Assembly (NCBI GenBank): GCA_036509895.1
Contig: DATCEV010000034.1
Coordinates: 13,437-77,436 of the forward strand
From: Verrucomicrobiia bacterium
GTDB lineage: Bacteria > Verrucomicrobiota > Verrucomicrobiia > Limisphaerales > UBA11358
DNA length: 64,000 nucleotides
Direction of reading: 5' to 3'
Shown here: one piece after another, positions 54,482 through 63,134 of the stretch
Numbering within the stretch: the stretch's first letter is position 1
Layout: the number at the start of each line of letters is the position of its first letter
Translations under genes and position numbers: made by a program
The notes under the pieces: generated by a model
Seen by the model: only the letters and a program-made list of their open reading frames with translations
The model's database searches: none
What the model was told of the DNA's origin: nothing

Positions 54482-55927
54482 TTGTTTGACTGCCATTCGC
54501 CTTCAACTATTCTCATTTTGGTGAAAGCTGACAATTCGGTTCCTCTTGAAGATTCAAAGCAGGCAGGGCGCGCAAAAAACCAAACGCCCAGTTTGCCCGA
54601 AGTTCATCGCAGCATCGTCGTTCCGTCCACCGCATCATTCTGGAGAAAACTGCTCGCGTTTTCCGGCCCCGGATTTCTCATCGCCGTCGGATACATGGAC
54701 CCCGGAAATTGGGCGACCGACCTCGCCGGCGGCGCGCAATTCGGTTACACGCTGTTGTCCGTCATTTTGATTTCCAACTTGATGGCCGTTTTGCTCCAGC
54801 ATCTGTGCGTCAAACTCGGCATCGCCACCGGACGCGATCTCGCGCAAGCCTGTCGCGATCATTATTCCACACCGAGCGTTTGGTTTCTGTGGATACTTTG
54901 CGAAATTGCCATTGCCGCGTGCGACCTTGCCGAAGTCGTCGGCTCCGCCATCGCCTTGCAATTACTTTTTGGAATTCCCCTCGTCTGGGGTTGCGTCATC
55001 ACGGCGGCGGACGTCATCGCCGTTTTATTTTTGCAGAATAAAGGTTTTCGTTACATCGAAGCGCTGGTTATCACGCTCATTGCAACCATCGGCACTTGTT
55101 TTGCTGCGGAACTTTTTTGGTCAAAGCCCGGACTCGCCGGAATGTTTCTCGGCTTCGTGCCGAGTCCGCAAATTTTGAAAAATCAGAATATGCTTTACGT
55201 CAGCATCGGCATCATCGGCGCGACCGTCATGCCGCATAATTTATATTTGCATTCCTCCATCGTTCAAACGCGCAAATACGAACAAAATTCTTCCGGAAAA
55301 CGCGAAGCGATTAAATTCGCCACGATTGATTCGACCGTCGCGCTAACCTTCGCGCTTTTTATCAACGCCGCAATTCTTATTCTCGCTGCGGCGGCATTTC
55401 ACTGGACGGGACATCAAAACGTCGCGCAAATTCAAGACGCCTACAAGCTTTTGAAACCGTTGCTCGGCGTCGGCGGCGCGAGCATTTTATTCGCCGTCGC
55501 GCTGCTCGCGTCGGGACAAAATTCCACGCTCACCGGCACGCTCGCCGGGCAAGTCGTCATGGAAGGTTTTGTCAACATCCGGCTGCGACCGTGGCTGCGA
55601 CGACTCATCACGCGACTGCTCGCCATCGTGCCCGCCGTTTGCGTCATCGGATATTTTGGCGAAAGCAAAACGACTGAACTTCTCGTCGCCAGTCAAGTCG
55701 TGCTTTCAATGCAACTCGGTTTTGCCGTCTGGCCGCTCATGCGCTTCACCGGCGAAAAAAATAAAATGGGTGAATTCGTCAATCCGCTTTGGATCAAAAT
55801 TCTCGGCTGGACAACCGCCGCAATTATCATTGTGCTCAACGTGAAATTGCTTTTCGATACGTTCATGCCAGTGTCGTGGTTGAAAATTTTTTACAGCCAT
55901 CTCGGATTGCCCGTGCCGACGCAATAA
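54482..55927 (+). CDS. mntH: Nramp-family divalent metal (Mn2+/Fe2+) transporter
   Basis: [19 protein letters not shown] (the Nramp DPGN motif) and [14 protein letters not shown]. The start is uncertain (TTG at 54482 or GTG at 54521). Confidence 0.9.
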   Translation: MFDCHSPSTILILVKADNSVPLEDSKQAGRAKNQTPSLPEVHRSIVVPSTASFWRKLLAFSGPGFLIAVGYMDPGNWATDLAGGAQFGYTLLSVILISNLMAVLLQHLCVKLGIATGRDLAQACRDHYSTPSVWFLWILCEIAIAACDLAEVVGSAIALQLLFGIPLVWGCVITAADVIAVLFLQNKGFRYIEALVITLIATIGTCFAAELFWSKPGLAGMFLGFVPSPQILKNQNMLYVSIGIIGATVMPHNLYLHSSIVQTRKYEQNSSGKREAIKFATIDSTVALTFALFINAAILILAAAAFHWTGHQNVAQIQDAYKLLKPLLGVGGASILFAVALLASGQNSTLTGTLAGQVVMEGFVNIRLRPWLRRLITRLLAIVPAVCVIGYFGESKTTELLVASQVVLSMQLGFAVWPLMRFTGEKNKMGEFVNPLWIKILGWTTAAIIIVLNVKLLFDTFMPVSWLKIFYSHLGLPVPTQ

Positions 55928-55940
55928 ATAAAAAAATTGT

Positions 55941-56372
55941 ATGTTCAAAAAAATTTTAGTTGCGCTTGAAAACAGTCCGGCGGACGAAACGATGTTGCCG
56001 CAAATCGCCGCACTGGCAAAAAAACTTGCCTCGGAACTTTTATTTTTGCACGTCGCCGACGGCTGGGTCGCGCGCAATTTCAATCAACTCAAGCTTGCCG
56101 AGTCCGAAGAAATGAAAAGCGACCGCGAGTATTTGGAAAAAGCCGCCGACAAAATTCGCGCCGAAGGAATTTCAGTTTCCACCATGCTCGCGCTCGGCAG
56201 TCCGCCGACCGAAATTTTGAAAGTCGCCGATGCTGAACGGTGCAGTTTGATCGCGATGACCAGCCACGGCCATCGTTTGTTCGGCGACATTTTTCACGGC
56301 AGCACCATCAACGAAGTCCGTCACAACACGCACATTCCAATTCTCCTCGTGCGCGCGAAAAAAATAAAGTAG
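55941..56372 (+). CDS. Universal stress protein (UspA family)
   Basis: MFKKILVALENSPADE...LIAMTSHGHRLFGDIFHGSTINEVRHNTHIPILLV. Confidence 0.85.
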   Translation: MFKKILVALENSPADETMLPQIAALAKKLASELLFLHVADGWVARNFNQLKLAESEEMKSDREYLEKAADKIRAEGISVSTMLALGSPPTEILKVADAERCSLIAMTSHGHRLFGDIFHGSTINEVRHNTHIPILLVRAKKIK

Positions 56373-56431
56373 CGCAGGCATCTTGCCTGCGTTTTTATTT
56401 AAAAATTTCGCAGGCTGGATGCCTGCGCTAC
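56369..56431. terminator. Palindromic element forming two convergent terminator hairpins; it contains both flanking stop codons
   Basis: gTAGcgcaggcatcttgcctgcg-tttttatttaaaaattt-cgcaggctggatgcctgcgCTAc. Hairpin 56373-56391 plus a T-run serves usp. Hairpin 56409-56427 plus a T-run on the minus strand serves the VOC gene. Confidence 0.55.
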
Positions 56432-56823
56432 TTTAATTGAGAATCTTTTGGCCGTTCCACCAGATGCAACAAATTTCCTTCGCAATCTTCAAAAAATAAA
56501 ACGCGCCCGCCGCCAGCAGCCGGACGAATTTCTTCCGAAAATTTTAGGCCGCGTTTTTCCAATTCACTTTTCGCCCCGTCCAACGAATCCACGCGCAACG
56601 CGATGTGCCGAAAACCGGCGAGCTTGTTGTTGCCGCGATTTTCCGGCGCGCCGTCCGCCGCGTAAATTTCAAACCAGCCGCCGCCCGGCAACGCAATCAA
56701 ACACGTTGGCGGATTCTGTCCGTTATTAAAAATTTCACGCGCGTCCAATTTTTTTTCATACCAATTTTTCAGTGCAACCGGATTTGGCGACGGAATCGCA
56801 ATGTGTTCAATGGAAATATTCAT
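56428..56823 (-). CDS. VOC-family (glyoxalase/bleomycin-resistance fold) protein
   Basis: ORF trimmed to MNISIEHIAIPSPNPVALKNWY...GFRHIALRVDSLD...FFEDCEGNLLHLVE. Confidence 0.8.
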   Translation of the reverse strand: MNISIEHIAIPSPNPVALKNWYEKKLDAREIFNNGQNPPTCLIALPGGGWFEIYAADGAPENRGNNKLAGFRHIALRVDSLDGAKSELEKRGLKFSEEIRPAAGGGRVLFFEDCEGNLLHLVERPKDSQLK

Positions 56824-56910
56824 GGCTGAATTAAAAATTAAAAATGCAAAATTAAAAACTAAAATCGTGTTTGACCGCAAAAGGTTTTGTAACGTTTGCT
56901 AAATAAATTT

Positions 56911-57552
56911 ATGAACCTGGAAAACTTTTTGAAACAGCGGCTCGTTTGCGTCGCGGTGATTGACAATGTTGACGATGCGATTCCGCTGGCCGAAGCGTTG
57001 CTCGCGGGCGGATTGAATGTAATCGAAGTTACATTTCGCACTGCGGGTGCGGCGGACGCGATTGCGCGTATTCGCAAAAATGTTCCGCAAATGAGCGTCG
57101 GCGCAGGAACGTTGCTGACGCCGGACAACGTAAAACAAGCCGTGGACGCGGGCGCGCAATTTGGCGTTTCGCCCGGCTTGAACGAATCCGTTTCGCGCGC
57201 GGCGCACGAAAATAAATTGCCGCTGTTTCCCGGCGTCATCACGCCCAGCGAAGTCATGCGCGCGCTGGAACTCGGCTGGAAAACATTGAAATTTTTTCCG
57301 TCGGAAACTTTTGGCGGCGTGAACGCGCTCAAAGCGCTCGCCGGACCGTTCGGTCATACCGGCGTAAAATTTATTCCGACCGGCGGCATTTCGGCGGCGA
57401 CGTTGCAAAATTATTTGGCGATGCCGCAAGTCGCGGCAGTTGGCGGTTCGTGGATGGCGGAAAAAAAATTGATTGCGGAAAAAAATTGGAAAAAAATTTC
57501 CGTGCTTACGGCGGAAGCAATGAAAATAATTTCTGTGCCGCAAACAAAATAA
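56911..57552 (+). CDS. eda: KDPG / KHG aldolase
   Basis: IEVTFRTAGAADAI, VGAGTLL, FGVSPG, PGV.TPSE, LKFFP, and the KF.PTGG pattern. Confidence 0.9.
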   Translation: MNLENFLKQRLVCVAVIDNVDDAIPLAEALLAGGLNVIEVTFRTAGAADAIARIRKNVPQMSVGAGTLLTPDNVKQAVDAGAQFGVSPGLNESVSRAAHENKLPLFPGVITPSEVMRALELGWKTLKFFPSETFGGVNALKALAGPFGHTGVKFIPTGGISAATLQNYLAMPQVAAVGGSWMAEKKLIAEKNWKKISVLTAEAMKIISVPQTK

Positions 57553-57572
57553 GTGGAGCGCGCAAATTTTAG

Positions 57573-57727
57573 GGTGGCACAGGCCTCTGGCCTGTTGTTT
57601 CGGGCGTCGCGCCCGAAACCGGCGAGGCGCGAACGTCTGACTTGGCAGCACACGCAAAACCCAGCGTATGTCCTCAAACGAAATCCGGCGGGACGCCGGA
57701 TTTGACAGGCGAGACGCCTGTGCCACC
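57573..57727. repeat. Nested GTGGCACAGGC-type palindromic element between the convergent eda and GH genes
   Basis: Outer stem ggtggcacaggc / gcctgtgccacc. Inner hairpins are gtttcgggcgtcgcgcccgaaac (57597-57619), aaatccggcgggacgccggattt (57681-57703) and acaggcgagacgcctgt. Confidence 0.85.
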
Positions 57728-57730
57728 AAA

Positions 57731-60034
57731 TTAATTTCCAATCGTCACTTGCAACGGCTCATCGCGGCGTTCGGCGAAACGTTTCACATAATTTTCCCAT
57801 TGAATGTGATTCGTGAAATCGCCGCTGCGATCCCAGCACGCGCCGAAATAATATTCAAATGGCTTGCCGATTTGCGCCGGCGCAATTGCAAGTTGATCGC
57901 GAATCGGCGGATAACCTTCATGCGTCGGTTGCGGCACGTTGGCGTGAATTTTTGATTCCGGCAAATTCGGATTATCGTTCGTAAATTCTTCGACCGAATT
58001 TTTCGGCAGCACAATCGCGACCGCCGTGACGCCTTTCGGTTTATCTTCCGGCTGCCAAGAAGTCGTCCAGCCTTCGACTTTGTCGCGCGCAAAAAATTCT
58101 TCACGATTTGTCGGGCACGCGCGCTCGGCTACGCCGACACCAATCGTTAGCGGCGAATTATCTTCGCTCGCGAACGTGCTTTGCGCTTTTGTGAAATAAG
58201 AACCGGCGTCAATGCTGTAACGTTTCGTCTCGGAAACTTTTCTGCCGTTGCCCGCGTCCCACGCGTCGTAAGTCAATTCAAATTCCGAACGGATCGGCCC
58301 GGTCGTGATCAATTTCCAATTGCGATAATTGCTTGAAACAAAAAGTTTTTTGCCGTCCCAAATTCCCAAACCGCCGTCGCCGCGACTGTGCCCGACGCGA
58401 TAATCATCCATGAACGAACCGTTATCCTCGTGATAATGTTTCGTCGCATACATCGTTTGAACAATCAGGTCGTGATCTTTTTTTATCCAAACATCCGGCG
58501 CGCTGCTGATGGTTCCCTCGGCAGGGATCAGCGCAAGACCGTAAGCGCGAAACGCGATGCGGTCGCTTTCCCACGCAAAATCGTCGTAACGTTCGGGAAC
58601 AAAACGCGCAAAAGTTTTTACAATCGGCGGCGGCACGGCCAACGCGCTTGCGTCTAAAATATAAAATATTTTTGTTTCGTGCGGCGCGAAGTCCGCTTGA
58701 AAAAGAAATTTTTTGTTACTGTTTTCTTTGTAAATCTGTGAATTCAAAATGCGCGAAGAAGTCCCATTCATTACTACCAAACTTTCAAATGTGTATAAAT
58801 GCTTTATTGGTAACTTTGAAAAATCGGCTGAACTTAATTCAATGGTTTCACTGGCACGGTAAAATTTTGCTGTGTTTGTAATCTTGAACACAAATCGTTG
58901 TGGATTATTTTCAAAGGCAGCCATCCGATAAACTTCACTTCCCGCGAGCAAAAAAATGCCGCCGCCGTATGGTTGAGTTGAGTCCGCATCAAATTTTATC
59001 GGACGATCGCCGGCGGGTTGAATGTGCGTCAGTTTGCCGTCTGCGTTCACGCACGCGACGAGCGCCGGCCACGCTTTGCGCACCGCCGGTTCAAATTTCG
59101 CGCGGTCGAGCAAACCCTGATTTACGCCCCACGCGAGGCCGTAAGTGAACAGTCCGGAACCGCTGGCTTCGGACATCGGAAAATTTTCCGGGTCGAGCAA
59201 ACTCGCGCTCCACATTCCGTCCGGCTGCTGGCACGACAAAATTTTTTCCGCCATGTCCTTGAATAATTTTTCAAAACGCGGACGTTCGGGATGATTCATC
59301 GGCAAGTATTGCAGGCAACGGACAATTCCGGCAAAAACCCAGCCGTTGCCGCGACTCCAAAAAACTTTTTTTCCGTTCGCCTCGCGTTTGTCAAAAAAAG
59401 TGCTGTCGCGAAAAAATAAATGTTCGTTCGTGTCGTAAAGATAATCCGTCGTGCGCCAAAAATTTGTGAGCGCAAAATTCATATAGCGCTCGTCGCCAGT
59501 TGCCGCAGTTAATCGTAACCACGCGCCTGGAGCCATGAACAGCGCGTCGCACCACGACCACAATTCCTGACCGTGTCCCGGTTGCGAAAAATCGAGACTC
59601 TTCGTCGCGGGCGGATGCGCCAAAATCCAGTCGAAGCGTTCGCGCATCGGCGCAATCATATAATTTTCGCGATAGAGAAAATAAAGTTCCGTCCAAACCT
59701 GACCGATGCATTCGTCGTCCGCGTGATACATGCGCCCGCGATAAGCCGGAAGTTCCCAGTGATTTGTGTCGCCTTGCGCGCGCATCGCGTCACGATATTT
59801 TGCGTCGCCGGAAATTCCCGCGAGCGCCATCATGCCCACGTCGCCGACGGCTTGAATCCAGCCGGTCGTGCGATTGGTCGCCGGATTTGCGAGTTGCCAA
59901 TCGCCGACGCGCTGCATGATTGTCAAAATAGTTTGCGGCGTGAAATCGGAATTGGTTTGCGCGCGCGCAGAAAAATTTACGGCGAAAAAAATAATTGAGG
60001 AAAAAATAAACGGGCGGAAAAAATAATTTTTCAT
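57731..60034 (-). CDS. Secreted GH88/GH105-like unsaturated uronyl hydrolase domain fused to a DUF4861-like C-terminal domain
   Basis: A signal peptide. The N-terminal (alpha/alpha)6-type motifs are ...YHADDECIGQ..., WSWCDALFMAP and WSRGNGWVFAG. The C-terminal FVPERYDDFAWESDRIAFRAYG is typical of DUF4861, from memory. Confidence 0.7.
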   Translation of the reverse strand: MKNYFFRPFIFSSIIFFAVNFSARAQTNSDFTPQTILTIMQRVGDWQLANPATNRTTGWIQAVGDVGMMALAGISGDAKYRDAMRAQGDTNHWELPAYRGRMYHADDECIGQVWTELYFLYRENYMIAPMRERFDWILAHPPATKSLDFSQPGHGQELWSWCDALFMAPGAWLRLTAATGDERYMNFALTNFWRTTDYLYDTNEHLFFRDSTFFDKREANGKKVFWSRGNGWVFAGIVRCLQYLPMNHPERPRFEKLFKDMAEKILSCQQPDGMWSASLLDPENFPMSEASGSGLFTYGLAWGVNQGLLDRAKFEPAVRKAWPALVACVNADGKLTHIQPAGDRPIKFDADSTQPYGGGIFLLAGSEVYRMAAFENNPQRFVFKITNTAKFYRASETIELSSADFSKLPIKHLYTFESLVVMNGTSSRILNSQIYKENSNKKFLFQADFAPHETKIFYILDASALAVPPPIVKTFARFVPERYDDFAWESDRIAFRAYGLALIPAEGTISSAPDVWIKKDHDLIVQTMYATKHYHEDNGSFMDDYRVGHSRGDGGLGIWDGKKLFVSSNYRNWKLITTGPIRSEFELTYDAWDAGNGRKVSETKRYSIDAGSYFTKAQSTFASEDNSPLTIGVGVAERACPTNREEFFARDKVEGWTTSWQPEDKPKGVTAVAIVLPKNSVEEFTNDNPNLPESKIHANVPQPTHEGYPPIRDQLAIAPAQIGKPFEYYFGACWDRSGDFTNHIQWENYVKRFAERRDEPLQVTIGN

Positions 60035-60083
60035 GCGAATGAAAATCCGATAGCAGAAGCGATTTAATTGTCGAAGAAAAACG

Positions 60084-61325
60084 TCATTGAATGTCTGTTT
60101 GTGTCAAATGTTGCATTTCAATTCCTGCAAGAATGAATGGTCCAATGCCTTTCAAATCATTTTTCACAATCGGCTCGCTGACATAATAATCAAAACTGCC
60201 GTCGCGCGAACGCCCTTTTGAATTTGTAAAACCGAGTCCGGCGACGGAACAACAATTCGTCAGCGACCAATTGTTTCCGCTGTCCGCAACAATTAAATTT
60301 TTTATGATTCCGGCAAAACCCTTTTCTGCAAATGCAGAATAATTTTCCGGCAAATAATTTTTATTCACGCCTTTGGCCAGCGCATAAACAAACATCGCCG
60401 ACGCCGTCGCTTCCAAATAATTTCCTTTGCGACTGCCCGCGTCCATGACCTGCCACCAAAGTCCGGTTTTTGCGTCCTGAAATTTTATGGCGCTCGCACA
60501 AAGTTTCTGAAAGCGCGAAAGGATTTCCGCGCGCGCCGGATGATTTGTCGGAAAAAAATCGAGCGCGTCCACGAGCGCCATTGCATACCAGCCGTCCGCG
60601 CGCCCCCAAAAATTTGACGAGCAGCCCGTTAGTGGATTTGCCCACGGCTGAATTTTTGCCGCGTCCCAGGCGTGAAAATACAAACCGGTTTTGGTGTCGT
60701 AACAATGTTCGTCAATCAAGTGAAATTGTTTCGCCACGTCGTCAAAATCATTTGTCTCGCCAAAATTTTTTGCGTATTCCGCATAAAAAATGTCGCCCAT
60801 ATAAATTCCATCGAGCCACATTTGATTTGTGTAACGCTGTTTGTGCCAGAAGCCGCCGTCAAAAGTTCGCGGCTGGGAATTCAATTGCGCGCGCAAAATC
60901 GTCGCGGCGTTTTTATACTTTTCGTCGTGCGTGATTTGCCAAAGCGCGAGAATTGTTTTGCCGGAATTCAGCGCGTCGAGTTGAAATTCTTGCGGCTTGT
61001 AAGTTTGAATTTTTCCATCCGGCGAAATGAACGAACCAATTACTTTTTCAGAAAAATTTTCGCAACACGCGTCGTGCGTTTGCTCGCTCAATTTCAAAAG
61101 CGAAAGCGTGAACAAACCGACCGTGTAATCCCATTTTGTTTTACCGCCCGGTTTCCAAACGAGCGAATCATCGAGCCGCGAAATTTCCGAATTTGCAAGG
61201 CGTTGCGACCATTCGAGCGGCGTCGCGCCGGAAAATTTTTGCGGCGCAGCAAATGACGGAAAAGGCAAAAAGTAAAAGGGAAAAAGTAAAAGATTGAAAG
61301 CGACGCCAGTGAATTTTTTTTTCAT
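60084..61325 (-). CDS. GH105/GH88-family unsaturated rhamnogalacturonyl/glucuronyl hydrolase
   Basis: A signal peptide, then MWLDGIYMG, FWGRADGWYAMALVD and GLWWQVMD, typical of the YteR/YesR family. Confidence 0.8.
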   Translation of the reverse strand: MKKKFTGVAFNLLLFPFYFLPFPSFAAPQKFSGATPLEWSQRLANSEISRLDDSLVWKPGGKTKWDYTVGLFTLSLLKLSEQTHDACCENFSEKVIGSFISPDGKIQTYKPQEFQLDALNSGKTILALWQITHDEKYKNAATILRAQLNSQPRTFDGGFWHKQRYTNQMWLDGIYMGDIFYAEYAKNFGETNDFDDVAKQFHLIDEHCYDTKTGLYFHAWDAAKIQPWANPLTGCSSNFWGRADGWYAMALVDALDFFPTNHPARAEILSRFQKLCASAIKFQDAKTGLWWQVMDAGSRKGNYLEATASAMFVYALAKGVNKNYLPENYSAFAEKGFAGIIKNLIVADSGNNWSLTNCCSVAGLGFTNSKGRSRDGSFDYYVSEPIVKNDLKGIGPFILAGIEMQHLTQTDIQ

Positions 61326-61345
61326 TTTGCCTTTTAGTTTTTAAT

Positions 61346-62119
61346 TCAACGTCCAAGCCAGCCGCCGTCAATGTTGAGAATCGCGCCGTTCAAATAATCC
61401 GAATCGCCCGACGCCAGAAAAACGCAGCCGCCCGCGATGTCTTCCGGCTTGCCCCAGCGATTTTCCGGAATGCGATCCAAAATCGCTTTATTGCGAACCG
61501 CGTCTTCGCGCAACGCTTCCGTATTTTCCGTCGCGATATAACCGGGCGCAATGGCGTTGACGTTGATGCGTTCGTGCGCCCATTCGTTCGCGAGCGCTTT
61601 GGTGATTCCGGCGATGCCGTGTTTGCTCGCCGTGTAAGCGGAAACAAAAATGCCACCTTGAAATGAAAGCAGCGACGCGATATTGACTATTTTTAACCGG
61701 GAATTTTCGGAAGATTTTTCGCGGCCTTGCGTCAACCACCATTTTGCCACCGCTTGACACAAGAAAAATGGCGACGATAAATTCGTCTGCAAAACTTCAT
61801 TCCAATCTTTTTCCGAAAAATCCACGGCAGCCGCGCGACGAATGATTCCAGCATTGTTGATCAGCGCGTCAATTTTTCCCGTTCGCGACAAAATATCTTT
61901 AACGACGCCGACGGCTTCTTTTTGCGAGCCGCTGGAAAGGTCGGCCTTGATGCTGACAAATTCGCCGCCCGCCGCATTCACTTGCGCGACCGTCTGACCC
62001 AAACTGCCGCGCGCGATGCCGACAATTTTTGCGCCTTCGCGCGCGAACGCGACACAAATCGCCCGGCCAATGCCGCGACTCGCGCCAGTGACGATGACTA
62101 CTTTATTTTTGAAACGCAT
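61346..62119 (-). CDS. kduD: 2-dehydro-3-deoxy-D-gluconate 5-dehydrogenase (SDR)
   Basis: ORF trimmed to MRFKNKVVIVTGASRGIGRAI. It has NNAG, the S...YxxxK triad (YTASKHG), and sits next to kduI. Confidence 0.85.
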   Translation of the reverse strand: MRFKNKVVIVTGASRGIGRAICVAFAREGAKIVGIARGSLGQTVAQVNAAGGEFVSIKADLSSGSQKEAVGVVKDILSRTGKIDALINNAGIIRRAAAVDFSEKDWNEVLQTNLSSPFFLCQAVAKWWLTQGREKSSENSRLKIVNIASLLSFQGGIFVSAYTASKHGIAGITKALANEWAHERINVNAIAPGYIATENTEALREDAVRNKAILDRIPENRWGKPEDIAGGCVFLASGDSDYLNGAILNIDGGWLGR

Positions 62120-62128
62120 AATATTTTT

Positions 62129-62200
62129 AGCCACAGATGAAACACAAATTAAACACGGATTGGAATTTTTCATCTGTGTTCACCTGTGAAATCTGTGGCT
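62129..62200. repeat. ATCTGTG-type palindromic element between kduI and kduD, overlapping the kduI stop
   Basis: Outer stem agccacagat / atctgtggct. The inner stem is cacagatgaaa ... tttcatctgtg. Confidence 0.8.
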
Positions 62201-63032
62201 ACTTCAAATCCACCGGTTTCACCGCATCCATGTCATCGAACGTTTGATTTTCGCCGGCCATGCCCCAGATGAATTTGTAATTGCCGGTGCCGACGCCGAA
62301 GTGCATGGACCAGTTCGGTGAAAGCGCCACGTCGTCGTTGTGCAAAAACAAGTGACGCGTCTCCTGCGGTTCGCCGAAAAAATGCGCGAGCACTTGCGCG
62401 CCGAGATCGAAGTAAAAATAAATTTCCGTTCGCCGCCAATGCGTGTGCGGCGGAAACGAATTCCAAACGCTGCCGGATTCGAGCGCGGTCAGGCCCATCA
62501 CGAGCTGGCAACTTTGAATGCCGCCGGCGTGAATGAATTTGTAAATCGTGCGTTTGTTCGCGGTTTCGACCGCGCCGAGATTCACCGGCGCGGCTTCAGA
62601 CGATTTCATCATCGCCGCCGGATGCGCAGAATGCGCGGGACAACTTAAAAAATAAAATTTCGCCGGATTTTTTTCGTCGCTGCTTTCAAACGAAACTTTT
62701 TTTGTGCCCATCGGCAAATACGCGCAATCCATTTTTTCGAGCGCAAAAATTTTTTCGTCGGCCACAATTTTTCCCGCGCCGCCGACGTTGATGGCGCCGA
62801 GTTCGCGGCGTTCGAGAAAAAACGCGCGTCCGGTTTCGCGATGGTTGGGAAGTTCAATCGGTTTGGCGGGCATTGCGCCGCCGACGACGAGCCGGTCTAA
62901 ATCGGTGAAGCGCGCATTGATTTCGCCCGGCGCAAAGAGATTTGAAACTTGAAAGGCTTCGCGAAGTTCTTGCGTGTTCATGCGGCGCAAATCCTGTGGG
63001 CGCGGCGTGCGATGAATCGAATTTTCAAACAT
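62199..63032 (-). CDS. kduI: 5-dehydro-4-deoxy-D-glucuronate isomerase
   Basis: Only the last 277 aa of the 532-aa track ORF, starting at MFENSIHRTPRPQDLRRMNTQELREAF, fit KduI. The cupin motif is FPPHTHWRRTEIYFYF. The upstream part of the ORF is antisense to the MFS gene. Confidence 0.9.
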   Translation of the reverse strand: MFENSIHRTPRPQDLRRMNTQELREAFQVSNLFAPGEINARFTDLDRLVVGGAMPAKPIELPNHRETGRAFFLERRELGAINVGGAGKIVADEKIFALEKMDCAYLPMGTKKVSFESSDEKNPAKFYFLSCPAHSAHPAAMMKSSEAAPVNLGAVETANKRTIYKFIHAGGIQSCQLVMGLTALESGSVWNSFPPHTHWRRTEIYFYFDLGAQVLAHFFGEPQETRHLFLHNDDVALSPNWSMHFGVGTGNYKFIWGMAGENQTFDDMDAVKPVDLK

Positions 63033-63134
63033 GCGGCGATTGTAAATTTTATTTTTGCCGCCGGTCAATTTGAATCCACGACGTTTCATAAATTTCCAAT
63101 TCAATTTCGTCGCGCAAATGTTTAGCTTGGCGGC

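Noticed and set aside
56899-57741. 280-aa minus-strand ORF across eda and the palindromic element. Similar cases are 44622..45446, 46307..47149, 20332..21030, 6610..7416 and 39965..40504.
   Set aside because: These are shadow ORFs antisense to confidently identified genes (eda, pth, rplI, hemW, recG, prs).
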